A stretch of DNA of 35,254 nucleotides from Eubacteriales bacterium (GCA_028711205.1 JAQTSP010000001.1:1-35254); one strand, 5' to 3'; counted from the first letter of the stretch, positions 17,819 to 27,077 are shown. A program made the numbers and translations. The notes: generated by a model from the letters alone, not told the origin.

Positions 17819-18613
17819 TTATTTTGCGTTCTGGTGCGCGTCCTCCACCAGCTCCGCAATGTCGGTATGAACGCTATCCCCTTTGTCACAGAAATACGCC
17901 AGATATTCGATATTGCCCTCAGGGCCTTTTATCGGGCTGTATGTAAGGCCGCAGACGGCAAGGCCCAGGCCTTCTGCAAAATCAAGCACGCCCCGTATCA
18001 CCTCGGTATGCACAGCATTGTCCGACACGACGCCTTTTTTACCGACCTTGCCCCGTCCGGCCTCAAACTGCGGTTTGATGAGCGCAACGATGGCATACGG
18101 CCGTGTCAGCACACCGGTCAGCGCGGGCAGTATCAGCTTCAGCGATATGAACGATACGTCAATGCTGGCAAAGCTGATCTTTTTATCAAACATATCCGGC
18201 TTTAAGTAGCGCGCATTTTGCCGTTCCATCACGCGCACCCGGCTGTCCTGGCGCAAAGGCCACGCGAGCTGTCCGTGCCCCACGTCGACAGCGTACACAT
18301 ATGCCGAACCGTTTTGCAGCATACAGTCGGTAAACCCGCCTGTCGACGCACCAACATCGATCACGACTTTTCCGCTTATATCTATATCGAAAGTTTCAAT
18401 CGCTTTCTTTAATTTTCTGCCGCCGCGGCTGACAAACTCTTCGCCACGCTTCACGGTCACCTTTTGTCCGACGCCCACGGCGTACGCGGGCTTGTCGCAT
18501 CTTTGGCCGTCAACAAAAACAGCGCCCGCCATCACAAGCGCCTTTGCCCGCTCACGGCTTGCCGCAAGCCCGTTTTCAAAGAGGTATGTGTCAAGTCGCT
18601 TTTTGTCTGTCAT
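17819..18613 (-). CDS. tlyA: TlyA-family rRNA 2'-O-methyltransferase (hemolysin A-like)
   Basis: 264-aa ORF with an S4 domain (KRLDTYLFENGLAASRERAKALV) and an FtsJ-type SAM site (DVGASTGGFTD). Confidence 0.9.
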   Translation of the reverse strand: MTDKKRLDTYLFENGLAASRERAKALVMAGAVFVDGQRCDKPAYAVGVGQKVTVKRGEEFVSRGGRKLKKAIETFDIDISGKVVIDVGASTGGFTDCMLQNGSAYVYAVDVGHGQLAWPLRQDSRVRVMERQNARYLKPDMFDKKISFASIDVSFISLKLILPALTGVLTRPYAIVALIKPQFEAGRGKVGKKGVVSDNAVHTEVIRGVLDFAEGLGLAVCGLTYSPIKGPEGNIEYLAYFCDKGDSVHTDIAELVEDAHQNAK

Positions 18614-19190
18614 TATGTGCGCCTTTCCTGTCGACCCGAATAAAAAACATCAGCACATACGAAACGAAGCTGACGATCTCCTTGTTTTTCTTTAATGCGA
18701 TTGACTTGCCCGCGGCTTTTCCCGCGACCGTTAAAGACGCGATGATGCTCGAAATGACGATCGTCCATACCATTTCTCCCGATCCCGGGTCCATGATCGT
18801 CACCTTCAGCGCGATCGCCACACCGGCGGCACCGCTGACGATACCGCAAATATCGCCCACCACGTCGCCGCATATGTTGGATACGACACCCGCGTTTCTC
18901 AAAAGCACGATAGCGCTCTTTGCCTTTTTTATTTTTTTGGACGCCATCGATATAAAGGGCGCCGGGTCGCACGATGCAAAAGCGATACCGATGATATCAA
19001 ATGCAATGCCCAAAAGCACGATGAACAGTATAATAAAAGCAGCCGCAATGGCAGACAGATTGTCCATAAGCGACTCTGTCACCACGCTGATGACTGCTGT
19101 TAGAATAAGCGTGATAATAAATATCTTCAGCGCCCAATATCGTATTTTTTTTGATTTTTTATTTTTCAAAAGTTCTTTCTCACAAACCAC
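18591..19190 (-). CDS. oapA: Four-TM membrane protein, OapA-like (OLE-associated protein A candidate)
   Basis: 199-aa ORF with four predicted TM helices and a Lys-rich N-terminus. It lies immediately downstream of the large ncRNA and overlaps tlyA by 23 nt. The start is uncertain (GTG 19190 or TTG 19169). The assignment rests on topology, size and context only. Confidence 0.55.
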   Translation of the reverse strand: MVCEKELLKNKKSKKIRYWALKIFIITLILTAVISVVTESLMDNLSAIAAAFIILFIVLLGIAFDIIGIAFASCDPAPFISMASKKIKKAKSAIVLLRNAGVVSNICGDVVGDICGIVSGAAGVAIALKVTIMDPGSGEMVWTIVISSIIASLTVAGKAAGKSIALKKNKEIVSFVSYVLMFFIRVDRKGAHNDRQKAT

Positions 19191-19227
19191 CCAGGTGACG
19201 CTGTACGCCGCCGGGAACGCCGGAAAT

Positions 19228-19838
19228 AAAAAAACGGTGGTGATACCTTGGATAAACCTTGCAGCTTAGGTCCAGTAGGATTTCCCTTCAGAAGTACTCC
19301 CCGTCGCCGATGGAGCGGTTTCCCTTTAAACCCTGAAACGTGCCGTTGCCGCGCACGTGACTGGATTGCCGTTTAGACCACACTATAATCTCCAAAATAT
19401 CTCGGTGCGTTTTTTTCGGACGCACGCGTACAGTCTAGGAGTTTTCCTCGACAGCACAAAAACGGTTTCTAGCCTCTTTTGCCATGCGGGTTTTTTGCAG
19501 CGATCGTTCCCGGCGCTCGTGGCCTTTGCGCGCTGGGGCGTGTTCTGCAATACACCCCGAATAACTCAAGGCAGGCTACTCTGTACACAGCTTGTCGCCG
19601 CATGACAGGTTTCACCCCAAGTAGTAACCCGTATTATAGAATTACCTGCTTGGGTCTCCACGGAAGCGGGGTCTACGCCCGCATGCCATTGCGGATCGCC
19701 CCACGACCTTAACTTCCAGCATCAGCCCCCGACTGGGCGTCAGCGGCCAACACCAGAAACTTCATCGATGTGCCCTTAAGCGGATTTTTAGCCCCGCCTT
19801 CAAAACCGTAGTACCGACTAGAATACTGCACCACCTTT
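19228..19838 (-). ncRNA. ole: Large structured non-coding RNA, OLE-class candidate (~610 nt)
   Basis: There is no ORF of 60 aa or more on the minus strand across 19191-19939 in an otherwise compact locus. It has a dedicated consensus promoter and many perfect GC-rich hairpins (19666-19682, 19535-19558, 19405-19425, 19339-19357). A terminal helix GGUGGUG (19835-19829) / CACCACC (19242-19236) is followed by U7. The context oapA-like, tlyA, nadK, argR, recN matches the known ole neighbourhood. Confidence 0.65.
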
Positions 19839-19845
19839 GAACGCT

Positions 19846-19874
19846 ATTATACACTATGTGTGAACATTTATCAA
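19846..19874 (-). promoter_or_regulatory. Near-consensus sigma-A promoter driving the large ncRNA
   Basis: Minus strand TTGATA (19874-19869), 17 nt spacer, TATAAT (19851-19846). Confidence 0.6.
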
Positions 19875-19939
19875 TGATACTTCGATAAATCTTGCTCATT
19901 TTACAATTTATTCAAAAATAAGACGAAGTTTTTAATGAT

Positions 19940-20374
19940 TTATAAAGCTTCTGCAATAATTTCGTATGTCGTTGATACTTTCACGTTGTTTTTTATCATC
20001 GCCCAGACAGGGCAATAAGTCTCTTCAGCCATCGTCAGTACCTTTTTCAGATCTTCGTCCGTGACATCATCCGAAACAAGGCGGATATCAAGCGTAATGC
20101 TTTCAAAGCCTGTGGGATGCTGCTCCCGGCGGACGCCTTTCGCGCTAATCGTCAGCCCGGCAACATGTTTGCCCATCCTTCTTAAGAAAGGCGCGATCGA
20201 TCCGCCCGTGCACGACGCAAAGCTGATCAAAAACAACTGCAGCGGCATATAGCCCTTCCCCTCGCCCAGCGGCGGTATGTAATCAGTGATAACGGGCGGA
20301 AAATCACCGGCTTTGCCTTCAAACATCATCTTGTCGCCGATCAATTCCACCGAGGCTTCCAGAAAACCGCTCAT
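19940..20374 (-). CDS. OsmC/Ohr-family peroxiredoxin-like protein
   Basis: 144-aa ORF with the two conserved Cys contexts of the family (SFASCTGG and ETYCPVWAM). RBS GGAGGA upstream. Confidence 0.8.
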   Translation of the reverse strand: MSGFLEASVELIGDKMMFEGKAGDFPPVITDYIPPLGEGKGYMPLQLFLISFASCTGGSIAPFLRRMGKHVAGLTISAKGVRREQHPTGFESITLDIRLVSDDVTDEDLKKVLTMAEETYCPVWAMIKNNVKVSTTYEIIAEAL

Positions 20375-20415
20375 GTCTTATCCTCCATAATATCATTGTT
20401 TATTGTCAACATTTT

Positions 20416-21438
20416 TTAATCATCTTCATCGACCGTCTTGCTACGGCCGGCATTCAGTTTGTAGCCTGAGAGTATTTTCGCCTTCAGTTCCTCATAGACG
20501 TCCCTGTTTTCCTTCAAGAACAGCCTTGCGTTGTCTTTGCCCTGCCCGATACGCGTGTCGTTATAATAGAACCACGACCCGGATTTTTTGATCAGCCCGA
20601 GGTCTGTGCCAAGCGACAGTACGCTGCTTTCGGAAGAGATGCCCTCGCCGTAATAGATATCGAACTCCGCGGTCTTGAACGGTGGCGCGACCTTGTTCTT
20701 GGCCACCTTGATGCGCGTTCGGTTGCCGATCATGTCAGCCCCGTTCTTCAGCGTTTCGATGCGCCGGACGTCAAGCCGTATCGACGCATAGAATTTCAGC
20801 GCGCGCCCGCCAGGTGTCGTTTCCGGGCTGCCGAACATCACGCCGACCTTTTCCCTGAGCTGGTTGATAAAGACAGCCACCGTGTTCGATTTGCTGATAA
20901 TGCCCGCGAGCTTTGGGAGAGCCTGCGACATCAGCCTGGCCTGAAGCCCGACATGCGACGCGCCCATCTCGCCGTCGATCTCGGCTTTGGGCACAAGCGC
21001 CGCCACAGAGTCGATGATGATGATGTCGATTGCGCCGCTTCTCACCAGCGCTTCGGTGATCTCAAGCGCCTGTTCGCCTGTGTCCGGCTGCGAAACGTAC
21101 AGGTTGTCCGTATCAACACCCAGGTTTTTCGCGTACGCCGGGTCGAGCGCGTGCTCCGCGTCGACAAACGCCGCCGCGCCGCCAAGCTTTTGCGCCTCGG
21201 CCACCATATGCAGCGCCACCGTCGTCTTGCCTGACGACTCGGGGCCGTATATCTCAATAACGCGTCCCCGTGGCACGCCGCCCACGCCAAGCGCGATATC
21301 GAGCTCGAGGCACCCGCTCGGTATCACGGACACGGGCACGTTCGCCGCGTCTCCAAGCTTCATCACGCTGCCTTTGCCAAACTGCTTTGCTATCTGCAGA
21401 GGCGCCATCTCCAGCGCCTTTTGTTTCTCCATCGACAT
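20416..21438 (-). CDS. recA: Recombinase RecA
   Basis: Walker [19 protein letters not shown] and [21 protein letters not shown]. The preferred ATG at 21438 lies 8 nt after GGAGGA. The ORF track starts at TTG 21444. Confidence 0.97.
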   Translation of the reverse strand: MSMEKQKALEMAPLQIAKQFGKGSVMKLGDAANVPVSVIPSGCLELDIALGVGGVPRGRVIEIYGPESSGKTTVALHMVAEAQKLGGAAAFVDAEHALDPAYAKNLGVDTDNLYVSQPDTGEQALEITEALVRSGAIDIIIIDSVAALVPKAEIDGEMGASHVGLQARLMSQALPKLAGIISKSNTVAVFINQLREKVGVMFGSPETTPGGRALKFYASIRLDVRRIETLKNGADMIGNRTRIKVAKNKVAPPFKTAEFDIYYGEGISSESSVLSLGTDLGLIKKSGSWFYYNDTRIGQGKDNARLFLKENRDVYEELKAKILSGYKLNAGRSKTVDEDD

Positions 21439-21497
21439 CCCCAATTTCCTCCTGCTTTTAAAATAAATATATCATATCATCTGTCCCAAAAAAACCG

Positions 21498-22040
21498 TTA
21501 GAATATATCCTTTAGCACACCCCTGTTTTTGATAAAATAGTCGGCGCATGAAACGAGCGACAGGATAACGCTTGCCCATATCATGATGAGCCCGAACGGT
21601 ATGCCCCAGCCCTTGAAAAAACCGTCCTGCAGCAGCACGCCGACGACGGCCACGATCTGCACGACCGTTTTTGCCTTGCCAAGATTACTGGCCGCAAGCA
21701 CCTTGCCTTCGGCCGCGGCAACCGCTCTCAGGCCGCTGACCACAAATTCTCTGCCCACAAGTATGATCACAAAAACCGGATGTATCCAGCCAATCGCAGA
21801 AAGCAGTATCAGCGCGCTGCAGACCAAAAGCTTGTCCGCGATCGGATCGATAAGCTTGCCGAAATTGGTGACCATGTTGTGCTTTCTGGCAAGCAGACCG
21901 TCAAACAGGTCGGTCAGCGCGGCGATCACAAATATGCCCGCCGCCCAGTAGTTCCAGTATGCGATATCGATATAAAAAAATACGATAAACACAGGGATAA
22001 GAGCCATTCTCAAAAGTGTCAGTTTGTTTGCTAAATTCAT
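21498..22040 (-). CDS. pgsA: CDP-diacylglycerol--glycerol-3-phosphate 3-phosphatidyltransferase
   Basis: 180-aa membrane ORF with the CDP-alcohol phosphatidyltransferase motif DLFDGLLARKHNMVTNFGKLIDPIADK. ATGA overlap with the rimO stop. Confidence 0.9.
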   Translation of the reverse strand: MNLANKLTLLRMALIPVFIVFFYIDIAYWNYWAAGIFVIAALTDLFDGLLARKHNMVTNFGKLIDPIADKLLVCSALILLSAIGWIHPVFVIILVGREFVVSGLRAVAAAEGKVLAASNLGKAKTVVQIVAVVGVLLQDGFFKGWGIPFGLIMIWASVILSLVSCADYFIKNRGVLKDIF

Positions 22041-23347
22041 TCGATTTCTCCCACCAGGTCGTATTCGTAAGCGTCTTTTATAAGAACATCATGAAAAGTG
22101 CCTGCCGTCAAGTCTTTTTTTGAAGAAATATATGTAATGCCGTCCACCTCCGGCGCCTGCCCCATTGTTCTTCCCACATAAATACCCGTTTGTGCATCAA
22201 TGCCGTCGACGATTACGCGCGCCTTCTGCCCGATCTGCCCCTGGCATATCTGCTGTGATATACCTTCCTGCAACGCCATCACCGTTTCATAGCGCTTCAT
22301 TTTTTCTTCATCCGGTACCTGATACGGCATGAGCGCCGCCCGTGTCCCTTCTTCGGCCGAGTACCGGAACACGCCAAGGCGCTCAAACTTCAGGCTCTTG
22401 ACGCAGTCGGCCATGATGTCAGAATCGGCCTCTGTCTCGCCCGGGAAACCCACGATCAGCGACGTGCGCAGCACAAACCCCAAGTCGTGCAGCCTCTCCA
22501 CAAGCGCTATGGACGATTCCCGCGTGTGCCTTCTGTTCATGCGCGAGAGCACGCTGTCGCTGAAATGCTGCATCGGTATGTCCATATAGCGGCAGACATT
22601 GCTATGCCGAAGCATCGTATCGATGATCGCGTCTGTCACGCCCTCGGGATAGCAGTACATCACCCGGAGCCAGCCGCCCTGCATGATATCCGCCGCCTCG
22701 CCGATCAGCTCAGAGAGCGCCGGCCTGCCAATATCCTCTCCGTACCGCGTCGTGTCCTGCGCGATCAGTACCGCCTCGGATACACCGCCCGCCCTCAGAT
22801 CGGAAAGCTCGGAAAGTATGCTTTTCATACCGCGGCTTTTAAGCGGTCCTCTGATCGCCGGTATCGCGCAATAGCTGCAGTTGTTCGAGCAGCCGTCCGC
22901 GATGCGCACATACGCGAGGTGCGCCGGCGTTGTCAGCACGCGGCCTGTCAAATCATGGTCAAGCCTGTCACAGCTCACATATTTACGGCCGTCGAGCACC
23001 GCTTCTATCGCGTCGATAATCTTGCTGTAACTCGATACGCCGAGGTATGCGTCGACCTCGGGCAGTTCTTCAATAAGCTCTTTTGAGTATCTTTGCGCAA
23101 GGCAGCCCGTCACAATCAGCGCGCGGGCTCCGGCGTCTTTGTATTTCGCCATCTCAAGTATCGTATCGATCGACTCCTGCTTCGCATCGTGAATAAAGCC
23201 GCATGTGTTGACGATGATCACATCTGCGCTGTCCGGCGCGTCGACGATGACGGCGTTGCTGCCGGAAAGCACGCCCAGCATATGCTCGGTGTCGATCCGG
23301 TTTTTCGCGCAGCCGAGCGATACGATATATATATATAAATTTTCCAT
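22037..23347 (-). CDS. rimO: Ribosomal protein S12 methylthiotransferase
   Basis: Radical-SAM MTTase with CSNNCSYC and a C-terminal TRAM domain carrying the RimO-type GRTMGQAPEVDG. The preferred ATG at 23347 follows GAGAGGGA. The ORF-track start at 23380 would overlap ftsK. Confidence 0.88.
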   Translation of the reverse strand: MENLYIYIVSLGCAKNRIDTEHMLGVLSGSNAVIVDAPDSADVIIVNTCGFIHDAKQESIDTILEMAKYKDAGARALIVTGCLAQRYSKELIEELPEVDAYLGVSSYSKIIDAIEAVLDGRKYVSCDRLDHDLTGRVLTTPAHLAYVRIADGCSNNCSYCAIPAIRGPLKSRGMKSILSELSDLRAGGVSEAVLIAQDTTRYGEDIGRPALSELIGEAADIMQGGWLRVMYCYPEGVTDAIIDTMLRHSNVCRYMDIPMQHFSDSVLSRMNRRHTRESSIALVERLHDLGFVLRTSLIVGFPGETEADSDIMADCVKSLKFERLGVFRYSAEEGTRAALMPYQVPDEEKMKRYETVMALQEGISQQICQGQIGQKARVIVDGIDAQTGIYVGRTMGQAPEVDGITYISSKKDLTAGTFHDVLIKDAYEYDLVGEIE

Positions 23348-23348
23348 A

Positions 23349-25688
23349 TCATCCCTCTCTGGGCCCAAACATATCTTCATATGTATCCCACGAGATCAGT
23401 ACCTGCCTTGCTTTGCTCCCTTCAAAGGGGCTGACGATCTGCCGCAGTTCCATCTCGTCGACCAGCCTTGCAGCTCTTGCGTATCCGACGCGCAGACGCC
23501 GCTGGAGCATCGATATGGACGCCTGCCCGTATTCGAGCACAATCCCGACAGCTCTCGGCAGCAGTTCGTCATAATCGTCGTTATCCGTTGCCTCGTCTTT
23601 GCCGACCGAAACGATATCCGACACGACCTCCTCGTCAAACTCGGCTTCGCTTCCGCCCGATACATATTCCGTGACGGCTTCGATATCGCTGTCCGAAACA
23701 AAGCAGCCCTGAAGCCTAACCGTTTTGGGCGCATCGGAGGGGTGATACAGCATGTCGCCGTTGCGAAGCAGTTTCTCCGCACCGTGCTGATCGAGTATCG
23801 TGCGCGAATCGACGCCCGAGTTGACCTTGAACGCGATCCGTGATGAGATGTTCGCTTTGATGACGCCCGTGATGACGTTGACGGACGGGCGCTGTGTCGC
23901 GATGACAAGATGAATGCCCGCGGCGCGGCCAAGCTGGGCAATGCGGCATATCGCGTCTTCCACCTCTCGGGGCGCGGCCAGCATCAGTTCGGCCAGTTCG
24001 TCGACGACGACGATGATCCGCGGAAGGATCTGTTCTTTTGCCTTTTCCGCGACTTCATTAAACCGAGTGATGTTGCGCACGTTGCTTTCGGCAAACAGCT
24101 TGTACCGCGACGTCATCTCGCTGACGCCCCAATTGAGCGCGCTCGCCGCCTTTCTCGTATCGGTCACGACAGGCACCAGAAGATGCGGTATTTTCTTAAA
24201 CACCGAGAGCTCGACCACTTTCGGATCGATCAATATCATTTTGACTTCTTCCGGCGTCGCTTTAAAAAGTATGCTTGTTAAGAGCGAGTTGATACACACG
24301 CTCTTGCCGCTTCCCGTCTCGCCGGCGATCAGTATATGCGGCATCTTTGTGATGTCTACATAATAGTTCTTGCCCGAAATATCCTTGCCAAGCGCAAACG
24401 TCAGCGGCGATTTTGCTTTTCTGAACTCCTCGGTCTCAAGCAGCGTTCTCAAATGCACAAACGTCACGTCGGAGTTTGGCACCTCAACACCAACCGCGGC
24501 TTTGCCGGGTATGGGCGCTTCAATCTTAACGGATTTTGCCGCAAGGTTCATCGCAAGGTCGTTCTCAAGCTCTTTGATGCGCTTGACGCGCACGCCCGGC
24601 GCCGGGCGAAGCTCGTACCGCGTCACGGCAGGCCCTTTGACGATGTGCACCACCTGTGCCTCAACACCAAAGTTCGCGAGCGTTTCTTCTATCAGCAGCG
24701 CGTTTCGCCGCTGTTCTTCCATCCCTGAACTCTTGCTTTTTTCGGCCGGTTTGGAAAGCAGCGACGTGGGCGGCTGCGCATATTGTGTTTGGCTCCTGCT
24801 CTTGACAACATGCGTTTTTGCCTCCTCGTTTTTTGCCTTTTCCTTATTATCCTGGTCATATGTCTCGTAAGTTTCGAAAGTGAGTCCGCCGGTCCCGGCA
24901 CCGGCATGGTATACAGGCTTTTCGTCCGGCGCCGAAAGATCCGCCGCCTTTTTTCTCACATCTTCCGGCCTGTATATATCGTCATCGAAATAATTGGCGC
25001 GTTTCTTTTTGAAAAAACTTTTTTTGCCCAATATCTCCGGCTCAAGTATCTCCTCCTCGTCCTGTTCCTCGCGAAGATCCTCGATATAAAGCCTGTTCTT
25101 TTTTCTTTCCGCAACGGTCTCTTTTGCTTTTTCCACCGTTCTTTTGCCCGCCTTTGCGACATTCTGGCCCATCTTTTTAATAGACAGGTTTAATAGCGCG
25201 AGCACCGAGATAAGGCTTGTGGTGATAAAAAGTATGACGCAGCCGATATCGCCGATCAGCAGGTTGAATGGATAGACGAGCAGGCAGCCGACAGCGCCGG
25301 AACCTGCGCCGTCCTGCATGCCGATCCGGTACGAATCGGCCACATATGAAAAAAAGCCGCTCTGATCGAGTTTATTCAAAATAAAGGTTTGCGTGAGAGA
25401 CAGCACGGAAATAACGAGCAGCAGGGAAAGCCACACCTTTGCTTTGTTGACCTTTTTATTGCGCGACGCGATGATCAAAATGCCGACGATAACAAACGCG
25501 AACGGCACAAGATATGCAAACAGGCCAAAAAGCCCGAACAGCACATCTTTGATCGCACCGCCGATCAGCCCCGTATCTCTCTGTATAAAAACACACACTC
25601 CAAGAAAAATCCCCACGGCGATACATATGATGCCGCCGATCTCTCCCGCCGGTTTTCTTTTCGGTTTTGTCTTTTTGCCTCTTGGCAT
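23349..25688 (-). CDS. ftsK: DNA translocase FtsK/SpoIIIE
   Basis: N-terminal TM helices, a low-complexity linker, a motor domain with Walker A GETGSGKS and a C-terminal gamma winged helix (ISMLQRRLRVGYARAARLVDEME). The preferred ATG at 25688 lies 5 nt after GGGGTGA. Confidence 0.95.
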   Translation of the reverse strand: MPRGKKTKPKRKPAGEIGGIICIAVGIFLGVCVFIQRDTGLIGGAIKDVLFGLFGLFAYLVPFAFVIVGILIIASRNKKVNKAKVWLSLLLVISVLSLTQTFILNKLDQSGFFSYVADSYRIGMQDGAGSGAVGCLLVYPFNLLIGDIGCVILFITTSLISVLALLNLSIKKMGQNVAKAGKRTVEKAKETVAERKKNRLYIEDLREEQDEEEILEPEILGKKSFFKKKRANYFDDDIYRPEDVRKKAADLSAPDEKPVYHAGAGTGGLTFETYETYDQDNKEKAKNEEAKTHVVKSRSQTQYAQPPTSLLSKPAEKSKSSGMEEQRRNALLIEETLANFGVEAQVVHIVKGPAVTRYELRPAPGVRVKRIKELENDLAMNLAAKSVKIEAPIPGKAAVGVEVPNSDVTFVHLRTLLETEEFRKAKSPLTFALGKDISGKNYYVDITKMPHILIAGETGSGKSVCINSLLTSILFKATPEEVKMILIDPKVVELSVFKKIPHLLVPVVTDTRKAASALNWGVSEMTSRYKLFAESNVRNITRFNEVAEKAKEQILPRIIVVVDELAELMLAAPREVEDAICRIAQLGRAAGIHLVIATQRPSVNVITGVIKANISSRIAFKVNSGVDSRTILDQHGAEKLLRNGDMLYHPSDAPKTVRLQGCFVSDSDIEAVTEYVSGGSEAEFDEEVVSDIVSVGKDEATDNDDYDELLPRAVGIVLEYGQASISMLQRRLRVGYARAARLVDEMELRQIVSPFEGSKARQVLISWDTYEDMFGPREG

Positions 25689-25707
25689 ATATTTCACCCC
25701 GATATGT

Positions 25708-25735
25708 ATTATACCATACAGGGCAAAATATACAA
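25708..25735 (-). promoter_or_regulatory. Candidate sigma-A promoter of ftsK with extended -10
   Basis: Minus strand TTGTAT (25735-25730), 16 nt spacer, TGgTATAAT (25716-25708). Confidence 0.5.
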
Positions 25736-25755
25736 TCAGTTAATGGACACGTCCT

Positions 25756-26430
25756 TCATATGCCCGCAAGGCTCCTGATCTTTTGCGATGCAACACGGAT
25801 CGTGCCGATTTCGTCAATGATGCCATAGTCGACCACTTCCTTGCCCACAAGTATCGTGCCGCAGTCGTTTGCGATCTCGTCCGTCTGCATCATCAGCCGC
25901 CGGTATTCTTTTTCTTCGATTTTTGAATGGGCGCATACAAAGTTGATAATCCGCTGCTGCATCTTGTTAAAATAATCAAACGTCTGGGGAACGCCGATCA
26001 CAAGCCCGCTCATGCGTATCGGATGGATCGTCATGCTGGCCGTCGGCGAGATATACGAATAGTCCGCCGATACCGCCAGCGTGATGCCGATGCTGTGGCC
26101 GCCGCCAAGCACAAGCGATACGCTCGGCTTTTCCATGCCCGCGATCATCTCGGCCAGCGCAAGCCCCGCCTCCACATCGCCGCCCGCCGTATTCATCAGC
26201 AGTATAAACCCTTTGACTTCGGGGTCCTGCTCTATCATCACAAGCTGCGGGAGTATGTGTTCGTATTTTGTGGTCTTGTTCTGGGGCGGCAGGTTCATAT
26301 GCCCCTCGATCTGCCCGATGATGCTGACGATATGAATGGGCGACGGGGACGCGAGAGGCTGCCCGTACTCTTTGATCTCCGCGCCCTGTCTGCCCTTGTC
26401 TTTGTCCTGATTATCGTTGTTGTTTTGCAT
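25756..26430 (-). CDS. ClpP-fold serine protease, TepA/YmfB-like
   Basis: 224-aa ORF whose ClpP-like core resembles the family (ILLMNTAGGDVEAGLALAEMI, MTIHPIR). Its position between dpaB and ftsK mirrors B. subtilis tepA-spoIIIE. Confidence 0.75.
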   Translation of the reverse strand: MQNNNDNQDKDKGRQGAEIKEYGQPLASPSPIHIVSIIGQIEGHMNLPPQNKTTKYEHILPQLVMIEQDPEVKGFILLMNTAGGDVEAGLALAEMIAGMEKPSVSLVLGGGHSIGITLAVSADYSYISPTASMTIHPIRMSGLVIGVPQTFDYFNKMQQRIINFVCAHSKIEEKEYRRLMMQTDEIANDCGTILVGKEVVDYGIIDEIGTIRVASQKIRSLAGI

Positions 26431-26483
26431 ATTGGCCTCTTTTTTATATCAGATAAGCCTATTATCCGCTTTAGAAGCCGTAT

Positions 26484-27077
26484 TTATCCCGATTGCGGCG
26501 CAAGCATCACAGGCTGAATCTGTTTCCCTTCCAAAGCCTGCTTTGCCGCATCCACGATCAGCCCCATGTCCGCGACGATGGACGTGCATTTTTTCAGCGC
26601 GTTGTCCTGCCTGTACGGCACAAAATAGATGTTTTTTGTGTTGAGCAGCGCGCCTAAGTTTTTCGCGTTTGCCGCAAGCGCATCGTTTGTGGACACCGCG
26701 ATCAGCACCGGGCGCGCGTTTCTTAAGTGCGCCTTTGCCGCAAGCAGCACGGGCGTGTCGGTGACGCCGGACGCAAGCTTGGCAAGCGTGTTGCCCGTGC
26801 ACGGCGCGACGATCAACAGGTCAAGCAGCTTTTGCGGCCCGATGGGCTCCGCGGCCACAATGCTGTCGATGATCTCTTTGCCTGTCGTGACCGTCAAAAA
26901 ATGCTTCAGCTCCGCGGCTTTGATAAACCGCGTGTCGTGGTTTGAGGCCGCGTATGACAATATCGGCGTCACCTCCGCGCCCATATCCACCAATTCCTGT
27001 ATCACAGGCATGATCGCACGATATGTACAGAACGATCCTGTCAGCGCAAACCCTATTCGTTTTCCCGCCAGATCCAT
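26484..27077 (-). CDS. dpaB: Dipicolinate synthase subunit B (flavoprotein)
   Basis: MDLAGKRIGFALTGSFCTY... is typical of SpoVFB. The preferred ATG at 27077 follows GAGAGGAG and lies 1 nt after the dpaA stop. Confidence 0.9.
   Translation of the reverse strand: MDLAGKRIGFALTGSFCTYRAIMPVIQELVDMGAEVTPILSYAASNHDTRFIKAAELKHFLTVTTGKEIIDSIVAAEPIGPQKLLDLLIVAPCTGNTLAKLASGVTDTPVLLAAKAHLRNARPVLIAVSTNDALAANAKNLGALLNTKNIYFVPYRQDNALKKCTSIVADMGLIVDAAKQALEGKQIQPVMLAPQSG

Noticed and set aside
19357-19712. Plus-strand ORFs 19357-19605 and 19479-19712 inside the large non-coding gap.
   Set aside because: They lie on the opposite strand to the promoter, have no RBS and give Arg/Cys/Pro-rich nonsense-like translations. 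The stretch is better explained as structured RNA.
19228-19838. Alternative identities for the large RNA: tmRNA, group II intron, T-box or riboswitch leader, 6S or SRP RNA.
   Set aside because: - tmRNA: no tRNA-like acceptor/T-arm (GGTTCGA...CCA) and no tag ORF.
- Group II intron: no GUGYG 5' end or domain V consensus, and no interrupted host gene.
- Riboswitch, T-box, 6S or SRP: the RNA is far too long.
- Attenuator: the downstream gene is a membrane protein, not a biosynthetic gene.
21439-21600. Looked for a LexA/DinR (Cheo) box, CGAAC-N4-GTTCG, upstream of recA. Also checked upstream of recN at 16394-16424.
   Set aside because: No GAAC...GTTC palindrome is present in the ~60-nt recA leader or in the adjacent pgsA 3' end. 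There is only a half-site-like CGAACGG at about 21594. I therefore make no SOS-box call.
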